IMG/VR virus record: IMGVR_UViG_3300028048_000073
Location: 1-62,659 of that record
Length of the DNA: 62,659 nucleotides
Origin: a virus
Strand: one strand, 5' to 3'
Part shown: positions 58,801 through 62,659 of the stretch, in pieces
Numbering within the stretch: position 1 is the first letter of the stretch
How the letters are laid out: every line of letters starts with the position of its first letter
Translations under genes and position numbers: made by a program
Notes under the pieces: model-generated
Seen by the model: only the letters and a program-made list of their open reading frames with translations
Told to the model about the DNA's origin: nothing
The model's database searches: none

Positions 58801-59860
58801 CAAAACATTGATTTACCCAATATCTTTCAACCTCATTTGTTGAACTAAATAACGAACTGAGGACTGGAAATTTTTCTTTAGGCAGTATAGATTCTCTTTT
58901 AGGATAATCTTTGATATCAACAGTAGGTATCTCTGGATGAGAAAGAATAGAATACTCTTCTACTTTATTATATATATCATTACTATTTTGGAACATTTTT
59001 TGAACATAGAGTCTATCATAGTCAGACTGTGCAAGATGTTCAATTATTTCTTCGTTGGATTGAAGATAAGCATACTGATAAAAAGCATCAACTTCTCTTT
59101 CGCCCTCTTTAGAATTAAGAAAAGCTTTATGGATGGGGCGTTGTTCTGGAGTTAAATAATGAGAGTCTGACCCTATTACCATAGGAACATTAAAGCATGA
59201 GCTAACTGAAAGCAATCTTCTATTAACCATAACCTGATCTTTTGAACAACCAGGCGCACATTCAATATAAAAATCTTCTCCAAAAAGGTCTTTACACATT
59301 AATATAAAATTAACAATTTCATCATGTGCTCTTGCTACTTCTACATGATCTTCTAACCGCTCAGCTTCAATCAACTTTTTAGTATTGTAAGATAGACACC
59401 CAGCCAAGCAAGCTGTTGTTGCTATTAAAGTATTAGGATACTTTTTACAAATTTTCTTTAAGTCATCATAGGTTGTTACTACCCGTTCCATCCTGCGGTC
59501 AACGTAAGAATTGAGCCAAGCTTTTGAAGATAATTCTCTTAACGCAATATGTCCTTGAAGATTTTTTGCAATCAAGATAAAATGGTAATAAGGTTGATTT
59601 TTACTTCTATCTCCACATAGGTAAATTTCATTTCCAAGAGCGACTTTAAAATCGGGGTGTTTTTCTTTTATCTGCATAGCATATTTGTTTGCGTGAATAT
59701 GTGCACTAAGGCAGTCATGATCAGTTATTGCTATTCCGCTCAAACCCAATTCTATTGCTTTGTCAATTAACTGCTCCGGTGCATTAATTGCATCAATGAG
59801 ACGTAAAGAAGAATAATAGGTATGAGAATGTGGTTCAAAGCGAGTGTCTGTTATTTGCAT
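55889..59860 (-). CDS. dnaE: DNA polymerase III alpha subunit (DnaE-like, N-terminal PHP domain)
   Basis: 1323 aa; PHP motifs HSHTYYS and AITDHD at the N-terminus; length and architecture of pol III alpha. Confidence 0.75.
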   Translation of the reverse strand: MQITDTRFEPHSHTYYSSLRLIDAINAPEQLIDKAIELGLSGIAITDHDCLSAHIHANKYAMQIKEKHPDFKVALGNEIYLCGDRSKNQPYYHFILIAKNLQGHIALRELSSKAWLNSYVDRRMERVVTTYDDLKKICKKYPNTLIATTACLAGCLSYNTKKLIEAERLEDHVEVARAHDEIVNFILMCKDLFGEDFYIECAPGCSKDQVMVNRRLLSVSSCFNVPMVIGSDSHYLTPEQRPIHKAFLNSKEGEREVDAFYQYAYLQSNEEIIEHLAQSDYDRLYVQKMFQNSNDIYNKVEEYSILSHPEIPTVDIKDYPKRESILPKEKFPVLSSLFSSTNEVERYWVNQCFEGLKSKNINWEEDPDKIIYLERLEEEACTKKIIGEKIHTNMFSYPVTLQHYIDMIWDCGSTVGAGRGSACAGLNHWLLGITQLDPVKWNLPWFRYMNSERLEIADVDIDVASDRRPTILKRIKAERKAYLDDDLDDIFKENLGCTLVATFRTESAKSAILVACRGYRSEEWPEGIDIDIGQYLSSLIPTERGEAWSLEDVLYGNEEKARKPVMPFVREVEQYPGLIDIALGVQQTISGRGEHASGVIFFEGNPFEKCAFMRAPNGDIITQWDLHQAEAAGNIKYDVLITKIQDKILQTIKLLQEDGQIEKDLSLREIYNKYLHPEVLPTNRKEIWQAIKEGCVLDLFQFDSDVGSQAAKKIAPRSVEELALSNGLMRLAPSEKGAEPPMEKYIRFKKNIALWYDEMRKYGLTREEVEAVRPYFEPSCGVPIAQEDLMRMLMDANICNFSLAESNDARKIISKKQTKRINELKIKVQTRAKSPNLGRYIWDCGVKPQATYSFSVIHALAYSFIGLQTAFLATNWNPIYWNTACLIVNSNSEENEWDEEEEEEDNAKKAKNANYEKIARAIGTLINRGIKVSIIDINSSGYTFKPDAKNNQILYGLKPVTQVNEAQIDQIIAGRPYVSFFDFMNRCPLKKPTMLSLIKGGAFDNLEREWAMELGVDPRILIMTIFCAKACEPKRRLTLQNFNGLINQDLIPENMVQYKYAFNFNKYLKAKRKVRGYYAFDDDCYNFYEQYFDIDKVEIIAGTPCIKVSVWAKLYDKFMDGARTWLKEYQEQVLQELNIKLFLDYWDHYAEGSISFWEMSALCFYSHPHELANVDFNRYGIENFFSMPQQPEVDHYYKRNGRRLPVYKIKRIAGTVIGKNDTKASIALLTVDGVVNVKFTKEYYAMFKKQISEKDEAGDKHVKEKSWFKRGTKLMIQGYRKDDTFVSKTYFDTPGHQLYKITKVNKDSLVLTSERYKTEEEYV

Positions 59861-59936
59861 TTTATCACCTCATTTTTTATTCTATATATATTATAACATA
59901 TTTTTTATTAAAAGTCAAGAGGAGCAAAAGCTCCTC

Positions 59937-60968
59937 TTATTTATTTTGATAATATAATGATTCATTTTCTGGTGTTAATAAAAATTTTGTTGTTGTTAAA
60001 AATAGATCTTTTTCTTCATATTCTTTATTATACGGGATTCTAATAAGAGGGATATTATGCTCAAAACAATATTTATTTTTAACTATATCATTTTTATGGG
60101 TTGTATCAAAATCATTACTAAAATGTCCTTGATGAAAATGTTGTATTCCATCGTATTCAATTAAATATAAGAGTTTATCTTTATTGTATATTCCAATATC
60201 AAAAAACAATGTTTGTCTATATGGAAAATCAGAAAAATAAATCTGTTGTTTATATTGAATATTATTTTTATCTAATATAGAACAAATTTTACTCTCATTA
60301 AAACTATTCAAACAACCGCAGCTTTTTGTATTCCCATTTCTCAAATAATCTCCAAAAACAATAACATTTTTCCGGCCACATTTAAGACATTCACAATTCC
60401 AATAAGCGCCAGTTCGATCAGTTCTAGGTTTTTCTTCTTCTGTGGCTCGTTTTACAACTTTTAAAAAGCCATATACTTTTCCACACTCGTCCTTACTATT
60501 TTTCAAACCTGCCGCTTTTGCTCCACAACTAAGACATTTAGTGCTTTGTCCACTTTTTAAATTTTTATAACTAACCTCTTTTTCAGTTTTATTACAACAT
60601 AAGCATTTACATAAATAATAAACTCTATCATTGGTTCGATTTGGTACACGTTTAATAACTTCCCATTGTCCAAAAATTGTGCCAGCTGGAACTTCTATTG
60701 TTCTATGTCCTTTCTTACACCCGCAACTGACAACTTTTCCATTTCTGATGTCTATTCCAGATTTTATTAAAATAGTTTGATTTTCACATAAACATTTACA
60801 AACCCATTGTGGTCTTCGGTTTTTTGTTACATCTTCTCTATTTAATGTTCTGTATAGAATTAATAAATTTCCATATTGCTTTCCAGTTAAATCAATGGCA
60901 TTATTTGCAATTTTTCCGTTATATTCTGGATATTGAATCTTAAGTTTTTCTAATTCTTGTTCTTTCAA
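59937..60968 (-). CDS. homing-endonuclease-like protein with three Cys-rich (Zn-ribbon-like) tandem repeats and a C-terminal PD-(D/E)xK-like (DUF559/Vsr/EDxHD-like) domain
   Basis: Repeats of the form YGxLxV(I/V)KR...W.C.C..CG...SCGC occur three times. The C-terminus LYLIEYDGIQHF...IPLIRIPY is paralogous to 9389..9751. Confidence 0.55.
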   Translation of the reverse strand: MKEQELEKLKIQYPEYNGKIANNAIDLTGKQYGNLLILYRTLNREDVTKNRRPQWVCKCLCENQTILIKSGIDIRNGKVVSCGCKKGHRTIEVPAGTIFGQWEVIKRVPNRTNDRVYYLCKCLCCNKTEKEVSYKNLKSGQSTKCLSCGAKAAGLKNSKDECGKVYGFLKVVKRATEEEKPRTDRTGAYWNCECLKCGRKNVIVFGDYLRNGNTKSCGCLNSFNESKICSILDKNNIQYKQQIYFSDFPYRQTLFFDIGIYNKDKLLYLIEYDGIQHFHQGHFSNDFDTTHKNDIVKNKYCFEHNIPLIRIPYNKEYEEKDLFLTTTKFLLTPENESLYYQNK

Positions 60969-60989
60969 TTCTAATCCCTTTCCTTTTTT

Positions 60990-62187
60990 CTACCTTATCC
61001 ACACCAGTTTTTGTTCTGCTCTTGTGCAAGCCGTGTATAAAAATTTTTTTCGTTCTTCTTTGTCAAATGGGAAGTTCTCCTCGTACACAAGAACTTTTTT
61101 CCAAGAGCTGCCTTGAGCTTTCCACCCCGTTACTGCGTAGCCGTATGTAAAACTTTTTGGAATTAATTTTCTTAATTTATCATTTTTAAAGAGTTTATAA
61201 TTCTCTTGCGGAGTAAGATAAGGCTTATTATAAAGAAAATCACTTTTATCCATATCCAATACTCCGAAATTTTCGTCTATCTCGCTTGTAAAATCGCAAG
61301 TGACAATTGGAATTTTATTACCATGAATTTTCATTCTACGCGGAGGATAAAAATTCTGCTCAAAGACATTAGAAGCGTAACCTATGCAGCCATTGATAAG
61401 TGGATATCCATTTTCTATTGACTCTATTTCCCAATAGTTCTGCAAACAAATAAGTTTTTCACCCTCATCAACAGCTACCTCTGGATTCATGCCATTTAAT
61501 ATTCGCATTTGTTGGTTCAAAGAATGTCTTGTTTTATTTGTCGCACACAAAACGATATCTGCCCATTGTAGCATGCCTTCACTTAATTCATTTTTATTGG
61601 CGACAATAACTTCATTGGTTTTCATATAGGGAATTGATTTGCCTTCGCGAATAGCCATTGTTAATTTTATTATATCACTTTCAGCTGCTTGCCGCATAAT
61701 TTCATCAAGAAATACGTGCGGACAGTCAAGGAGGTGGTTATCTTGGTCATGTGACACTGGGGGCAGCTGCCCCGGGTCTCCGCAGGCTATTACATGAACA
61801 GGATATTTCATTAAATCATTGAGTAAGTCTTTACTTACCATGGAAATTTCATCAATAACAACTATCTTATATTCAATAAAAGGAACAGGAGTTCTAATAT
61901 AAACGCCTTTTGGAGTTAACTTATGTGTGTATAAAAGTTTATGCAAAGTTAATACATTTTTATTGCCCTTTTGCCGCAAAACATTAACCGCCTTGCCTGT
62001 AAAACTTGTATATACAACATCTTTATCTGGATTAATGCCTGGTAATGCTTCAATAAGATATTTTATTAATGTACTTTTGCCCGTGCCCGCCTTAGGCGTA
62101 GCCAGATATCACAGTAAATTTTTCATGATTACGATATCTGGCTACAGCTATTTTCAAACCTTCTTCTTGCTTTTTTGTTAATTGCAT
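60990..62187 (-). pseudogene. Dda/RecD-like SF1 helicase with the N-terminal 31 codons in a different frame (+1 shift at GCC-TAA inside Walker A)
   Basis: Frame A reads MQLTKKQEEGLKIAVARYRNHEKFTVISGYA-stop. Frame B reads LATPKAGTGKSTLIKYLIEAL..., with Walker B VVIDEISM, motifs YAVTGWKAQGSSW and LYTACTRAEQKL. An AAGGAGG RBS precedes MQLTKK. Confidence 0.6.
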
Positions 62188-62246
62188 AGGTTTTATTTCC
62201 TCCTTCTTTAAGTATCTTTAATATTTCTTTATTTTGTTCTTTAATT

Positions 62247-62405
62247 TCACCTTTTTTTGTGTAATAATTCAATTTCATGCGATATTGCTTGTAGTACCTG
62301 TTGATAGTATTTTTCTCGTTCAACATCTCCATCCATATTGGCTAGCTGCGCGCAAAAGGAGGTTACCGCCATTGTGGCCAACAAGCCTAAACCATTATTT
62401 TTCAT
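62247..62405 (-). CDS. small hypothetical protein (52 aa)
   Basis: ATG after an AAGAGG RBS and a TATAAT-containing region; not in the ORF track. Confidence 0.25.
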   Translation of the reverse strand: MKNNGLGLLATMAVTSFCAQLANMDGDVEREKYYQQVLQAISHEIELLHKKR

Positions 62406-62455
62406 TCTTTTTGCCTCTTTATATTATTATATCATTTTTTTAAATAAAATTCAAA

Positions 62456-62659
62456 TTAAAAATCATATTGTTTTATTTCTTCAACTTGATAATCTTCAAT
62501 AAAAATTTGAGGAGTAACTTTGCCCATCCAAACGTTCTCATTACATCTTCCAACAAGAGTAATAACTACAGCTTCATTAGATGTAAACAATTCACATTGA
62601 GCCTCTGTTGCTTTAAAAATCATTAAATCTACTCCTGCGGGAGTTGATATTTTTATTGT
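62456..62659 (-). CDS. 3-prime end of a gene whose start lies beyond the window (C-terminus ...VTPQIFIEDYQVEEIKQYDF)
   Basis: Open frame running to the window edge and ending at a TAA at 62456-62458. Confidence 0.35.
   Translation of the reverse strand, partial: TIKISTPAGVDLMIFKATEAQCELFTSNEAVVITLVGRCNENVWMGKVTPQIFIEDYQVEEIKQYDF

Noticed and set aside
61927-62181. 84-aa plus-strand ORF antisense to the helicase N-terminus
   Set aside because: It is antisense to a recognisable Walker-A-coding segment and has no RBS.
62129-62332. 67-aa Lys-rich minus-strand ORF overlapping the helicase 5-prime end
   Set aside because: It overlaps the RBS-supported MQLTKK start of the helicase by about 60 nt in another frame. 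Its own start has only a weak GGAGATG Shine-Dalgarno. It is probably spurious, though not excluded.

Overview
This window looks like most of the genome of a tailed, siphovirus-like phage of a low-GC Gram-positive, probably anaerobic, host. The host call rests on AAAGGTGG/AGGAGG ribosome-binding sites, about 30-35% GC, and phage-encoded anaerobic ribonucleotide reductase genes nrdD/nrdG. Nothing was searched against a database; every call comes from reading motifs in the sequence.

Layout from left to right:
- 1-2.9 kb: a leftward-transcribed early module of six small genes. Each has its own near-perfect sigma-70-type promoter (TTGACA-17 nt-TATAAT), a strong RBS and a hairpin terminator.
- 1.94-2.56 kb: a 600-bp noncoding block inside that module, packed with two families of inverted repeats and a perfect 35-bp palindrome.
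- 2.9-4.25 kb: a 660-bp GT-rich, cytosine-depleted low-complexity tract and an AT-rich spacer, lying between the divergent early and late units.
- 4.25-50.6 kb: a rightward late/packaging/structural block.
  - Two zinc-ribbon proteins, one of which may be the small terminase.
  - A T4 gp17-like large terminase gene split by a putative group I intron that carries a LAGLIDADG homing-endonuclease ORF.
  - A frameshifted free-standing endonuclease gene.
  - Portal, protease/scaffold, capsid, connector and major tail genes.
  - AT-rich accessory-looking genes, a chaperone, a 3040-aa tape measure, a 1500-aa distal tail protein, baseplate/fibre-like proteins, and a terminal operon of unusual small proteins.
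- 50.6-62.7 kb: a leftward replication/nucleotide-metabolism block. It encodes a RuvC-like resolvase, dUTPase, NrdG, NrdD, a guanylate-kinase-like protein, a DnaE-like pol III alpha, a Cys-repeat endonuclease, and a Dda/RecD-like helicase whose Walker-A region is broken by a frameshift beside a perfect hairpin.

The most unusual signals are the operator/iteron-rich palindromic block and the GT-only tract.

Two coding regions are restored by a +1 shift at a stop codon, and a third is split by one in-frame TGA. These could be recoding events, real mutations or sequencing errors.

The odd terminal operon encodes a Gly/Cys-rich membrane protein, a BclA-C-terminal-like (C1q/TNF-like) protein and an HExxH protein.
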